The notes under the pieces: model-generated | Databases searched by the model: none | What the model saw: only the letters and a program-made list of their open reading frames with translations | Told to the model about the DNA's origin: nothing | Shown: one piece after another, positions 1 through 11,640 of the stretch | Position numbering within the stretch: the stretch's first letter is position 1 | How the letters are laid out: each line of letters starts with the position of its first letter | From: Leucoraja ocellata | Lineage: Eukaryota | Direction of reading: 5' to 3' | Length of the DNA stretch: 64,000 nt | Assembly (NCBI GenBank): GCA_036785375.1 | Contig: JAWMAR010000416.1 | Span: 930,001 to 994,000, forward strand | Made by a program: the position numbers and the translations under genes

Positions 1-1186
1 TAAATAATAAATAAATATTTTGGTTCTTTGGATTATTTAACCTATTACAGCTTCAATTCTGACAGGTTAATGCTTTCTGAAATATGTTTTTCAGGAAGTA
101 TTAATCAAAAATGTAATAATTGAAAGGGGTTGCCAATTATGGATTCTTTCGTCAAGCCCACTAGCCTTCGAATTACATTTTTAACGTAGAAAAAAGTCAC
201 AAAGAGTTAAGCACAGGTCTGCTCAAATTTGGACAATGAGCCAAAACAACTTTTATGATGGTTAGATTTTAGACAGTTTTATTTTTTAACTTAAATGAAA
301 TGAAGAACAGATTCCTTTTCTGGGAGGAAGGAAGGGGATGCTGTGAATGGTTAGAAGCAAATATATGAAAGATGAAGACATTTACAATGGTAATAACCTA
401 GTGGCCTAGTAAAAGGCATGGCTGTGCATGGAGGACTGTTTACAATTTGGAGTGGTCCAGAGTCATAGGTTTAGTGGATATAGAGGATGATATGTGAAGA
501 TCCAGAGAAGCCAGATTTAAAAAAATACTAACATGTTGCCAAAGTATGAACCAAAATGTAACAGTGAGCACAGGGATGCTCTTGATTTGCTTAAAGATCT
601 TAAATGGAAGCATTTTGACCAACCTCAGGTTGCAGAAGATGGATTGTATGTTAGTAAATATATGGGTATGGGTTACATCAGTAAATTAATTGAACCAGGA
701 CAGAAATAGAGTCATAGAGTGATACAGTGTGGAAACAGGCCCTTCGGCCCAACTTGACCACAATGGCCAACATGTCCCAGCTACACTAGTTCCACCTGTC
801 CGCGTTTGGTCCATATCCCTCAAAACGTGTAGGCTGTCATAATGATGATCTGATGTTTTGTCAGAAAATCAACTGATCAAATATCCTAAATATGCAACTT
901 GAGATCGAACAGACAAAATGTTGCGGTTTAGCATCCAACTGTTCCCAGGAAGAAGAATGGTGTTGGTGGCTAAAGGATGAAGGTTGTGATTGGGTCTCAG
1001 GACAGTGGCCTAAGCCGCCCTTCCATTTGTGCAGAAAATTTGTCTTTGTTCAATACTGGATTTCAGACAAGTAGTCTAACAATTTAGAGAATGAAGTGTT
1101 GAGAAAGATGGTAATGAGGGTGAGCTGGGTGGTATCTTGAGCAGAAGAATTAGGGTTGAACAGCCCCACAGTTAGTTAGGCCACTG

Positions 1187-1466
1187 GTTTAGTTTAGAGA
1201 TACAGGATGGAATCAGGCCCTGTGGTCCATGCCGACTTCATACCACTTTCTCATCCACTCCCTACACATCAGGGGCAATTTACAGAGGCCAATTGACCTG
1301 CAAACCTGCGCGTCTTTGGAGGAAACCGGAGCACCCGGAGGAAATCCACGCGGTCACAATTTGAACGTGAAGACTCTACATAGACAACATCCAAGATCAG
1401 AATCGAACCCAGGTCTCTTGCACTGTGAGACAGCAGCTCTACCCGCTGCACCACTACGCGGCACAC
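1187..1466 (-). mobile_element. tRNA-derived V-SINE (HE1-like)
   Basis: Reverse strand shows a tRNA-like head (GGTTCGAT B box), V-domain-like CGGTTTCCTCC and a CTAAACTAAA tail. Confidence 0.75.
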
Positions 1467-1644
1467 AGTCATTCATAGCTCCAACAACCTGGTCAGTTCT
1501 GACCTCCAGTGCTGTCCTTTCAAAGTTTGCATGGTTCTCTCTCTGACCACTAGGCATTCTACAGGTGTTCCACTATCTTCTCAGTACGTGTGGGTTTGTT
1601 GGTTAGCCTGCTGCTGTAAATACTCTCACAAAATGTAGTTGAAC

Positions 1645-2640
1645 AATGACTGGCAGGGTTTACAAAGTTAATGGCAGGGCTCTGGGGTGTGTTGTAGAGC
1701 AGAGGGATCTCGGAGTACAGGTACATAGTTTGTTGAAAGTGGCATCACAGGGAGATAGGGTGGTCAAGAAGGTTTTTGGCACATTGGCCTTCATCAGACC
1801 GAGCATTAAATATTGAAGTTGGGAGGTCATGTTGCAGTTGTATAAGACATTGGTGAGAAGGCATTTATAGTATTTTGTTCCGTTTTGGGCACAATGTTAT
1901 AGGAAAGATGTTGTCAAGCTGGAAATGGTGCAGAGAGGATTTATGAGGATGTTGCTAGGACTCGAGGGCTTGAGCTATAGGGGGAGGTTGAGCAGGCTAG
2001 GACTCTATTCCTTCGAGTGCAGGAGGATGAGGGGTGATCTTATGGGGATGTATAAAATCATGAGAAAAATAGATTGGTTAGACCTACAGAATCTCTAGCA
2101 TAGAGTAGGGAAACCGGGAACCAGAGGACATAGGTTATAAGAGAAGGAGGAAAGATTTTATAGGAACCTGAGGGGTAACTTTTTTCACACAAAGGGTAGT
2201 GGGTGTACGGAACGAGCTGTCAGAGGAAGTAGCTGAGGCAAGTACTATCGCAACGTTCAAAAATCATTTAAACAGGTACATGGATAGGACAGGTTTAGAT
2301 GGATATGTGCCAAATGCAGGCAAGTGGGACTAGTGTAATTGGACATGTGGGCTGGAGTGGGCAAAGTTGGGCCGCAGGGCCTGTTTCCACACTGTAAAGG
2401 GCCTGTCCCACTTGGGCGTCATTTGCGTGTCACGCAGGTGGCGCACGAAGATTTTGTGAATCCCAAAATCCTGGGGCGCCACGTGCAACCGCGCGTCACT
2501 GCCTATGTCACCACGCACCATGTGCGCGTAATGCGCACCATGCGCTAGTCACGTGCGCATCACGACGCGTAAATAATGTTGCATAAATGACGCGCAAATC
2601 ACGCCCAAGTGGGACATGCCCTTAAGACTCTATGGCTATG
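1645..2640 (+). mobile_element. CR1/HER1 LINE 3' fragment (degraded RT C-terminus plus tail)
   Basis: Decayed QRDLGV…LYKTLVR…GLYS…RGDL…VWNEL motifs and a GGGCCTGTTTCCACACTGTA tail, interrupted by a Harbinger MITE. Confidence 0.85.
2398..2622. mobile_element. PIF/Harbinger-type MITE 1
   Basis: TIR AGGGCCTGTCCCACTTGGGCGT / ACGCCCAAGTGGGACATGCCCT; TAA TSD at 2395-2397 and 2623-2625. Removing it restores the LINE tail CTGTAAGACTC. Confidence 0.85.
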
Positions 2641-3649
2641 AGTGGTGTAATCTGCAGGGAGCGGTGGTTGGAGTTAATAGGAATGCGGTGTGAATAAAAT
2701 GGAAATAGTGTAAGAGTAGTGTTAATGAGTGCTCGCTACGCAGCACAGGGGTGATAGGGTGAAAGGTTGCTTTCTTTCCTGCATGACTTCATGATTCTCT
2801 CAGATGTGTTCGAAGCTCAGCATGTGGAAGAGAAATAGAAGGGGGGCAAAGTTAGATCTGTACAGAAACAGCACAGACCACAAGGTAGCGACCATCTTTT
2901 AACTACAGTATTCCACCTACACTCTCAGGAACATTTGGTAAACAAATTAGTAAGAATTCTGCCTTGGAACTGGCAAACACACACCCTGTACTTTGTACAT
3001 TTAGTTCTTACCAGATGAACAATCCAACAAAACAAAAACATAGCTGCATAAAATGCCTCAGACAATTTATCAATGCGGATGTAACAATTATTTTCTCACA
3101 TTTATCCACAAAAATAAATCTGTTTCTCAGTATGTACAATTCAGAGGGTATGTGGAAAATATGTCAACGTGTTCCATGTATGGAAGTGAGCAGCTTTCTG
3201 ACTATTGCCCCAAGCAAAAGCATTTACTAAAATAAATAAATCACAGACAGGGTGGCAGTTAGTGCTAGACTACCAATTACAAATAAGCTGCCTTTCTCAA
3301 AGCCTTTTGGCAACTCTGCATGCTATTTTACATGAATGGACAGAATGTGCTGCCTCTTTGTTTGGCTGGTACCGATCCAGTTTTTCAACAGAGTATTTCA
3401 GTGACTAATCAGACACCAAGGCCAATTTGAAATAAAACAACTTCCTGATTAAATGTGTTATGGGAATCCTACCATAATATACTGACATCATGCCGAACAA
3501 GACTCAACTTGTTGAGAGCCTTTTTCAATTTATCTAAGACCTGCTGCAGCTCGTCCACTAGCTAAAGAGATTTTACTAGGTTTTTTTTTGTTGCAATAAT
3601 GTCATCTGTGTGCCACAGGGGTGGATGTGAGCAACCTGATCAGATGTGT

Positions 3650-3657
3650 TCATGGGC
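3650..3657 (-). CDS. irs2: Candidate terminal coding exon of irs2 (…E-G-P-stop), followed by a putative 3'UTR toward ~2800
   Basis: Minus strand TTATCTTATTATGGTTACAG|GCCCATGA. The acceptor joins the phase-1 G to give GGC CCA TGA. The flanking 2800-3850 region is repeat-free. Not verified by transcript data. Confidence 0.4.
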
Positions 3658-4894
3658 CTGTAACCATAATAAGATAATCCACCAACCTATCAACTGAAAA
3701 TGCTTTAAAAAACATGTATTCATCAGAAACTCACCATGGCTTTGAAAGTGCAAAAGAGAAAAAACTTGGCAAACATTGTCAATACTTTTTGTTTTTCCTT
3801 TATGGATTATGTTCCTGAAAGGCAGCATTTAGAAGTCTTTTGTCATTCCTATGGATTTTAATTAAGAGTTGAACATAGAACATAAAACAGTACAGCAGCG
3901 GGAGAGGTCCCTCAGCCCGATGAAAGACACAAAATGCTGGAGTAACTCAGCGGGAGCATGAGGCAGCATCTCTGGAGAAAAGGAACGGGTGACGTTTCGG
4001 GCCGAGGCTCTTCGGACCGATGAATATGCCGACCATGATGCCAATTTAAACTCCACATCTGCCGGATGTATTGTACATCCATATCTAACAACTACATGCC
4101 TCTTTACCAGTGCCCTCCCCCACCCACTACAAATTAAAAAAGATGCCTAACCTGACAGGTTTAAGCAATTGTATTGCTCCTCAGCAGTAGAAATTCAGGT
4201 GGATGAACATAAGCAAAATAAAAGTAGCTGGATGAACTCAGTGGGAAAATCTGCATCCGGGTGGGAAATGGAATAAAATATATTCATCCGGAGCATTGTT
4301 ATAGACAACGAACAGCTGAGGCACCATCACTTTGCCTTTGCAGCAGTTCACAGTTCCAGCATGAAATTGACCCAAATACTCATCATCTCCAATTTCTGTC
4401 CATTATCGAATATGCGATGCATATTAGTAAAACCGCAATCAAATCCTCTTTTAAAAATCTCTATTTGACACATTGACAACCCTGTATATTCTAAATACAA
4501 CCTATAGTTCCCCCTTGACTATTCTGTTCGTTTCAACCTCAAAACTCAAACTTATGAAATGTCCCTTTCATAAGTCCAAAAGGGACGTTATTATTTTCAA
4601 AGTGAACACTTCCTTCATCAGATGATTCTCGCATTTCCCTGCTACTGATGTCAGGCTTACTGGTCTGCAGTTCTCAGTTTTCTCTCTTCCTTGTTATATA
4701 ACAGGGCTATAATTAGTAGCTGCCATTTTTGGGAACTATTGTAAAACTTAGACATGAAGAATCTTTAGAATTCTGAATAACACTGACCTTCCATAGCTCA
4801 GGTTTCAGCAGTTTTAGTTTTGTTTACAATAAAAGGTTACGTGGTATTGTGAGCATAAATCTTTTTTTTAATGTGGAAACCAAATTCTTTGGCT

Positions 4895-5290
4895 GAAGGT
4901 AGACAAAAATGCTAGAGAAACTCAACGGGTGAAACAGCAACTATGAAGCGAAGGAAATAGGCAACGTTTCGGGTCGAGACCCTTCTTCAGACTGATGTGA
5001 GGTTGGGGGGGCGGGAAGATGAAAGGAAGAGGAGGAGACAGTGGGCTGAGGGAGAGCTGGGAAGGGGAGGAGAAAGTAGGGACTACCTGAAATTAGAGGT
5101 CAATTTTTATACTGCTGGGATGCAAACTGCCCAAGCGAAATATGAGGTGCTGCTCCTACAATTTACGGTGGTCCTCACCCTGGCCATAGAGGAGGCCCAG
5201 GACAGAAAGGTCGGATTCGGAATGGGAGGGGGAGTTGAAGTGCTGAGCCACCGGGAGATCAGGTTGGTTATTGCGAACCGAGCGGAGGTG
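4895..5290 (-). mobile_element. Penelope-like element 3' remnant (endonuclease C-terminus plus pseudo-LTR with hammerhead motif)
   Basis: ORF 5156..5341 HLRSVRNNQPDLPVAQHFNSPSHS…VLGL resembles the GIY-YIG C-terminal region. CTGAAGAAGGGTCTCGACCCGAAACGT lies on the minus strand at ~4963-4990. Confidence 0.8.
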
Positions 5291-6283
5291 TTTGAATTGT
5301 TGATGTTGCTGATTATTGTTTAATCTTGATGACAACGTCACATATCACAGAGCCGACTTCAAAATACATGGGCAAAATAATAATCGAAATACTTATTTTG
5401 GATTTAACCCACCAAGAGTCATCCTCACCCCTTTTAAATTTAAGCACAATCTTAAATGAAAGGTAAAACACAAGCGTGACTGTCAGCTAGTAGAATGAGG
5501 GATCAGGGAGGAGGAAGAATGTCTGAAGTGATTATTTTGTCTTGAAATTGTTAATAAAGTCATGGAATATGACCCTGCATACTGGGAGAATGTGTTGTAA
5601 ATATTCACATTAAAATTTGTTCATAATTAGTGTTCATCTCTAGAAGATGCTGGGCCTGTAACGCCAGTTTAGTTTTCCATGATGGAAATAGACTTGTTTT
5701 TGTTTGAACTACTCAGTCAAACTGAAACCAAAAGGTGAACTAGCAGGTGTCCTTTTCAACGTATTTCTACGCTAGACTACAATATTTACCAAGGCTCGTA
5801 GCACTTACATTAAGGAAGAACTGGAAGCGATTCCAGGTGTATTAACACATTTCGCTGTTGAGAAAATAATTGTCTGGATTTTCTGTCGACTGAGGTTATA
5901 GTTTTCTTTTGTTTTGAGCGTAAAACAAAGCGTGAGACAGATGTCAAGATTAAAATGTCAAAGCAATGACTAAACCATTCCAAACCATATCTGAAGTAGG
6001 GTCCCGACCCAAAACATTATCTATCCATGTCCTCCAGAGCGAGGTGCCACCTGACCCGCTAACTCACTCCAGCACTTTGTATCTTTGTTTGTGTGGTAAA
6101 ACAGGCATCTGCAGTTCCTAAATCCCATCTTGCTTTTCCTAATTAATAAATAATTGGGAACATTTGGCAACAATGGGCCAAAATACAAAATGGATCCTCC
6201 TGGTCATGGAGTATGTTCAGAGCTAGTCAATACTTAGACAAAATTCTTTGACATCATCATAAATAAGTATAAAGTTAACAAAC

Positions 6284-9200
6284 CTTCAACAGCAGCTGTT
6301 TGGTCAAAATTCTTTGACACAAAGTCTATGGTGGTATATGCACCATCATCAGTGAAGTTGATATTTCCTTTGCGTTGAGGCGTCAGTTGATATTGTGCCA
6401 CTTTCTCATAGCTCAAGAAATTGTCATCCCCTAAGCCCAAGGCAACATAATTCAGGCCACTTTGAATTCCAGCTGAGGTTTTACGGCTGATCGGGCTTCC
6501 TTGAACCTCTTCAGCTTCTTCATTCTTTCTGAGGGAAACGTTTTCAAATGAAGCTGAGCTGTGTCTCTTGGGGTCATGAGCAAATGAAGGTGAAACAGGC
6601 GTGACAGTCGTTGTGGAAGAGAACGTCTCCGAGCTGTGGCGTCTGCGTCCCTGAGGGTTGGCGCGGATAACTTTAGCACCCCGGTTCGGATCGGGTGCCA
6701 AGCTTGGAAGAATGAAAACATCTACCCCAGGCATATGATCTATCAGGGAGAGTCTTTCCATCCCGGTTGTGGGGCTGTCCACTTGTTTTGGAGGGACAGG
6801 CAGAGGGGGTGTTGTCGCCATTATAAATGCCATTTCTGTATATTCCGTCTCATCTTCTGAGGGGTGAGCGAGACAGTTGGTTCCAACTTGACTTTTCAGG
6901 AAAACATCGATGGGGAGATTTCTGCTGGGACATGACACTGTAGACCCAGTTATTGCATCAAAGGAACTGATGGAAACAAATCCATTCTTTGGTGACTTTG
7001 AGTTGAGATCGACATTCATGTAATCAGATACTGGCAAACCTTTCTGGACATTTGCAAAATCCGGAAAAGATAAGGAACTTTTATGTGGCACAGATGGTGC
7101 AATGTATGGACATTTGTTGCTGAAATCTATACTGACATATTCCCCTGGGCTTTTTGGTTCAGGCAATGAAGCAGGTTCATTTGGACTCGATAGTGTGTTG
7201 GCTCGTAGCATCTCCAGTGACAGTCTGGAGGGTCTCATAACTCTTTCTCGGCGGGCTAAACCATCCACCAGACTTTGCCTAACTGATGAATGTGCAGCTT
7301 GGTTTACCACAGAAGGAGCGCCACACTTTACGTTCAATGCTGGCTCTTCAAGAATCACACCATGTGGCAAACTCATCAGAACATAGTGATCATTTCCCCC
7401 ATCCTTCTGGCAATGAGGCTTATGAGACTGGGGGAATGTGTAAAAAGAGTCACTGGATCTGGGAAGTTCTTCACTAACAGGGAAAAAGCAATCTGGAGGC
7501 GTAACTGATGCACAGTGATCAACAGGAGACATATTCATGTATTCGTCCGAGGTGAACTTCCCGTCAGAACTTTCTACCGAAAGCTTTGACCCGCACCACA
7601 TTCTCTTGTATTGACTGGTATCAGGTAAGCAGCACCCAGTAGGAGAAATGTTCTTGTATCCACTTACATTCATTTGTGAATGTAATCGCGGATTAATTAT
7701 TTGTTTCGGTGCAGACACACTTTTGGGGCTCATTGGCATGTAGTCATCATTTTTGTGAGGAACATTCCCCATGCCGTGGGTCATCGGCATGTAGCCATCA
7801 TCACCAAGGTTACTGCACCCAGAATTTTTTTGGGACCCTACTTGAATGTCACAATAGTCTTCGGGATAAGGATTGTAGGCTACGTTGGGGGAGACTGGAC
7901 ACGACAGGTGTTCAGAATTGCCAATGCAAGTAGCTTTCATTAAAGTATATTCATCTAATGAAACAGAAGAAACCTGTGAAATGGCACTCTGGCGGCAAGG
8001 TGTTGTCAGGGAATAGGTTCTCTTCCGGTAACTTTTATCAGAACTTTCATCCCTTTCAATGTGAGAACAGCCAGGCCCACACCGGCCACTAGCATGCCTT
8101 TCCATTAACATGTAACCATACAACTCATTGCACTCACGTACAGGCGGGGTGTAGGTGAGGGATTCTGGAGTATTGTTTCTATATCCCATGTACTGCCTCA
8201 AATCTCCAGGACTGGAACCGTATTCATCAAAGGAAATAAACCCTCCGTCACTTGGAGATCCCGAGACAGATGCATTAGCGCTGGATGGACGAGCTATGGT
8301 GTCTGATGCAGACCCATGGCCACTGCTGGAGGACAGGCTCACTGGGCTGGTGGCGGATAAGGGGGAATGAGACACGGGCATGGACATCGACTGGCTATGG
8401 TGAAGAGTATTGGGCTGCATCGCCCTGGGGTTTTTCGACATGGTATTTAACCGGCTGAAGTGTGTTCTCGCCGAGCTTGGACTGATGGGGCTACCGGTCA
8501 TAGACTCTAGTCTACACACGGAGCTGTCTCCTTCGCTGGCTGTCCTCGTACGACTCGGCACAATCTTACCAGCATGAGATGGGGTGGCGATGCTGTCAGT
8601 CCTCGACCGCCTATGTAGTAACCCAGCCTGGCTGGGGGGCAGGTGGACCAAGTGCCGGCGGCCGGGCACCGAGATGGGATGGGAGCCGGACGACTGGCTC
8701 TTGCTGCGGGGCCGGAACTCACACAGCTCCTTCATGGCTTTCATCGCCTCCAGAATGGTTTCGTGGATGTGCTGAGCCACCACCGAGTCGTCCACCTGCA
8801 TCCACAGCTCGCCGGGCCCGGTGGACGCCGACCTGCCCACCTCGATGAAGAAGAAATTCTCCGAGTGGCCGCAGCGCCTGATGTTCATCAGTTGCAGGCT
8901 GACCGAGGGCAGCTCGCAGTTGAGTTTCACCAAGCCCATGCTCTGGCTCGAAAGGCACAGCATGTAAACGCCGCTGAGATTCCTGGCTTGGCCCAGGCCT
9001 TTAGGCTTCAGGTTGACCTGCCACACTTGCTTGTAGAGGGCGGTGGGCAGGGGGCCGTAGTCGCTGTGATCGGTGTAGGGAGGCGGCGGCGGCAGCGGCG
9101 GCGACGAGGAGCCAGAGCCCGGGGGCAGCAGGTCGCTCAGCGCCGTGAACCAGCTGTGTTGCTCCGGCTCGCTGTCCGCCGCCACTGCCAGGTACTCGTC

Positions 9201-9482
9201 CTTAGTGTAGAGCGCGATCAGGTACTTGTGCTTGGCGTCCGCTCGCTTGTTGATGCTCAGGCAGCACTCCAGGGAGACCACCCTCTTGGCCGACGACTTG
9301 TTCCTCCACTTTTTCTCGTTCTCGTAGTACTCCAGCCTGGCCGGGCATCCGCCTCCCCGCTCCCGCAGCACGAAGAACCTCTTGTGTCCGTGTTTCTGCT
9401 TCTTCAAGTAACCGCATTTCCTCACCTTGGCCGGGCACAGAGAACCAGACGACCCGCCTTTCACTGTTGGCGGACTCGCCAT
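6284..9482 (-). CDS. irs2: Insulin receptor substrate 2-like, large coding exon (1066 codons + 1 nt): PH domain, PTB domain, YxxM-rich tail
   Basis: ORF 6234..9692 contains MASPP...VRKCGYLKKQKHGHKRFFVLR (IRS2-type PH), VWQVNLKPKGLGQ...IRRCGHSENFFFIEVGRS (PTB), the IRS2 KRLB-like SLDEYTLM/YNPYPEDY segment, several YMPM/YMNM motifs, RRRHSSETFSST and C-terminal LNYVAL/YTTIDF. The MASPP ATG is at 9482. GAAG|GTTTGT is a donor-like site after 6284, at the position where mammalian IRS2 has its phase-1 intron just before the stop. Confidence 0.93.
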
Positions 9483-9500
9483 TCTTTTGAAACAATGTCC
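8580..9500. other. CpG-island-like GC-rich segment over the PH/PTB-coding part of irs2
   Basis: Visibly high GC and CpG density compared with the CpG-poor 3' two-thirds of the same exon. Confidence 0.7.
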
Positions 9501-9639
9501 TTCCACATATATACATGTAGATGTGAAACGCCGTGAGTGTGGGTTTGTGTGTGTTTTTCTTCCCTTCTCTCTCTCTCTCTCTCTCTCTCTCAACGCTCTT
9601 CGTCTTGTTCTACGTTCTCTCCTTGTCGAAGTGGGAGGG

Positions 9640-9760
9640 CGAGCAGTAAATATCACACACACACATTGACTGGCGAAAAAGCAAAACAACATGTGACGTC
9701 CCTAACACACGCCAGCTCTCCAGTGAAACACAGAAGGTGCGAGGCGGGGCGGGGAGGGCG
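9640..9760 (-). promoter_or_regulatory. irs2 proximal promoter: IRE (TGTTTTG), E-box (CACATG), CRE-like GACGTCA and GC box
   Basis: Minus strand GGGACGTCACATGTTGTTTTGC at 9681-9702; GGGGCGGGG near 9746; forkhead-like GTAAATA near 9647. About 200 bp upstream of the ATG in a CpG-rich context. Confidence 0.65.
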
Positions 9761-10245
9761 AGAAGAGAGGGAGAAGAGAGAGGGGGTAGGGGGGAGGAGA
9801 GAGAGAGAGGGAGGGAGAGGGGGAGAGAGAGAGAGAGGGAGGGAGAGGGGGAAAGAGAGAAAGAGGGGGGAGGTGGAGGGAGAAGAGAGATGGGGAGTAG
9901 GGGGAGGAGAGAGAGGGGAGGGAGATGGGGAGGGGGAGGGAGAGGGGGGGAGGGGAGAGGGGGTAGGGGGGGGGAGAGAGGGGGTAGGGGGGAGGAGAGG
10001 GTAGTGGGGGGGAGAGGCTGGAACGAGGGGGGGAAGGAGGGAGAGCGAGAGGGGGAGAGAGGCTGGAATGAGGAGGGAGAGGGAGAGAGAGAAGGGGGAG
10101 AGAGAGGCGGGAAAGGGGGGTGGAGGAGGGAGAGAGGAGAGGGAGGGAGGGTAAGAGAGGGAGAGAGAGGGTAAGAGAGGGGGGAGAGGCTTGAAAGAGG
10201 GAGGGGAAGGAGATGAGAGGGAAGGGTAGAGGGGGAGGTGAGTCC
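9740..10245 (+). repeat. Polypurine (G/A) low-complexity tract
   Basis: About 500 bp of almost only G and A on the + strand, with many G4-G8 runs. Confidence 0.95.
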
Positions 10246-11169
10246 CCGCCAAGGGTCTCAGCCGCAGTCAGACAATAAGCCGCCTGGGCTCAAGGTAGTC
10301 CAACACAGCGCGCTGCGGTGAGGTGCTCCCGCCCCACTTGACAAACTGTCCCGTTTACATTCAAAACAAAATAATGGCGCATTTTATCGGTATCAGATAA
10401 ATATCTGGACCATTCCACAGACACAAGATTGCTACTCTCTTGTGGTTTTTGTTGTTGTTGTTGTTGGGATTCTCTGAGCACGCAAGGTATTGCATTAGGA
10501 ATAAGTAGAAGTGAGCAGTTGAAAGTTGGTGGCCATTGTGAGACAGGGAGCCCCTTGTTTATCGCCAGTGCGTCAAGTTGAATTGGAAATGAACAGTGTT
10601 TCCATAGTTGCAAGCGCAGTTAGACGCGGGCTGGGCACACCCACCGCGTTCAAAGGAGCCGGGGAAAACTCGCACCAAAGTTATATTTCGCAGTGTTCAG
10701 AGGACTAAAACAGTCACCTTTCCTATTCTACACGGCGTCTGGCGCTGGGATAAGCTTGCACCGAGCTGAACTCCTTTCCCTGCCGAGCCACTGGGATCAC
10801 GAATCTACAGCAATAACATGGCTCCGTTTAGAAACATAGAAAATAGGTGCAGGAGTAGGCCATTCGGCCCTTCGAAACCAGTACCGTCATTCAACGTGGT
10901 TATGGCTGATCATCTACAATCATACCCCGTTCCTGCTTTGTCCCCATATCCCTTGATTCATTTAGTCCCACAGAGCTAAATCTAACAGAATGTTTAAGAA
11001 GGAACTGCAGATGCTGGAAAATCGAAAGTAGACAAAAATGCTGGAGAAACTCAGCAAATGAAACAGCATCTGTCCTTCGCTCCATAGATGCTGTCTCACT
11101 GTCTCATTGTGCATTTCATACGTACTCCGCTTGCAACGAATACCGATCTAGGTCTAACTAAATATAAGT

Positions 11170-11640
11170 TAAATAAAGCCGCCGTAACTATCGCAAAGGG
11201 ATTTGTGTGGGTTTTTTTTTTGTAACATGCAAAGAGGGCGGGTATCCTTTTTGGCTGAAAGGCATGAAGTTATTGACGTGGTTTGCTGAGCGAACCTGCA
11301 GCCCCGCACGTTGTTTACCATCTGCCAACTGGCAGTTCAAAGCAGGATCCGTCGCAGACGGAGCAATGAATATAATCTCCGGGCCAAATAGATTACAAAA
11401 GAGCAGGGTTAATTTGCAATCTAAAGTCTCTAAAGATTTTAATTCAAACATGGAAATAAGCAGATAGACGACACACACTCCCCTTATCCTGGTTTACACG
11501 TGAATTCCACGTTAATGTTTGCGCTTGAAACTTGATGTGACGTTAATGCTAATATCCCCTGACGTTAGCAAACACGGAGTCACTCGTCTTTAAATGTTGA
11601 CGGAGCGTAAACCCACGCTGAATGCAATTAAAGTAAAAAC
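11170..11640. promoter_or_regulatory. Candidate upstream enhancer with a CRE half-site cluster, FOXO site and E-box
   Basis: TGACG at 11274, 11538, 11560 and 11598; TTGTTTAC at 11311-11318; CACGTG at 11497-11502. Repeat-free and retains CpG. Confidence 0.4.

Noticed and set aside
8643-9536. 297-aa plus-strand ORF antisense to irs2
   Set aside because: Typical stop-poor shadow ORF of GC-rich coding sequence, with no recognisable domain.
9483-9692. 70-aa N-terminal extension of IRS2 from the ATG at 9692
   Set aside because: It runs through a (GA)n microsatellite, and the ATG lies in the promoter E-box. MASPP at 9482 matches the known IRS2 start.
9537-10252. Pro/Ser/Leu- and Gly/Glu/Arg-rich ORFs
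   Set aside because: Artefacts of the polypurine tract; the same applies at 56772-57282.
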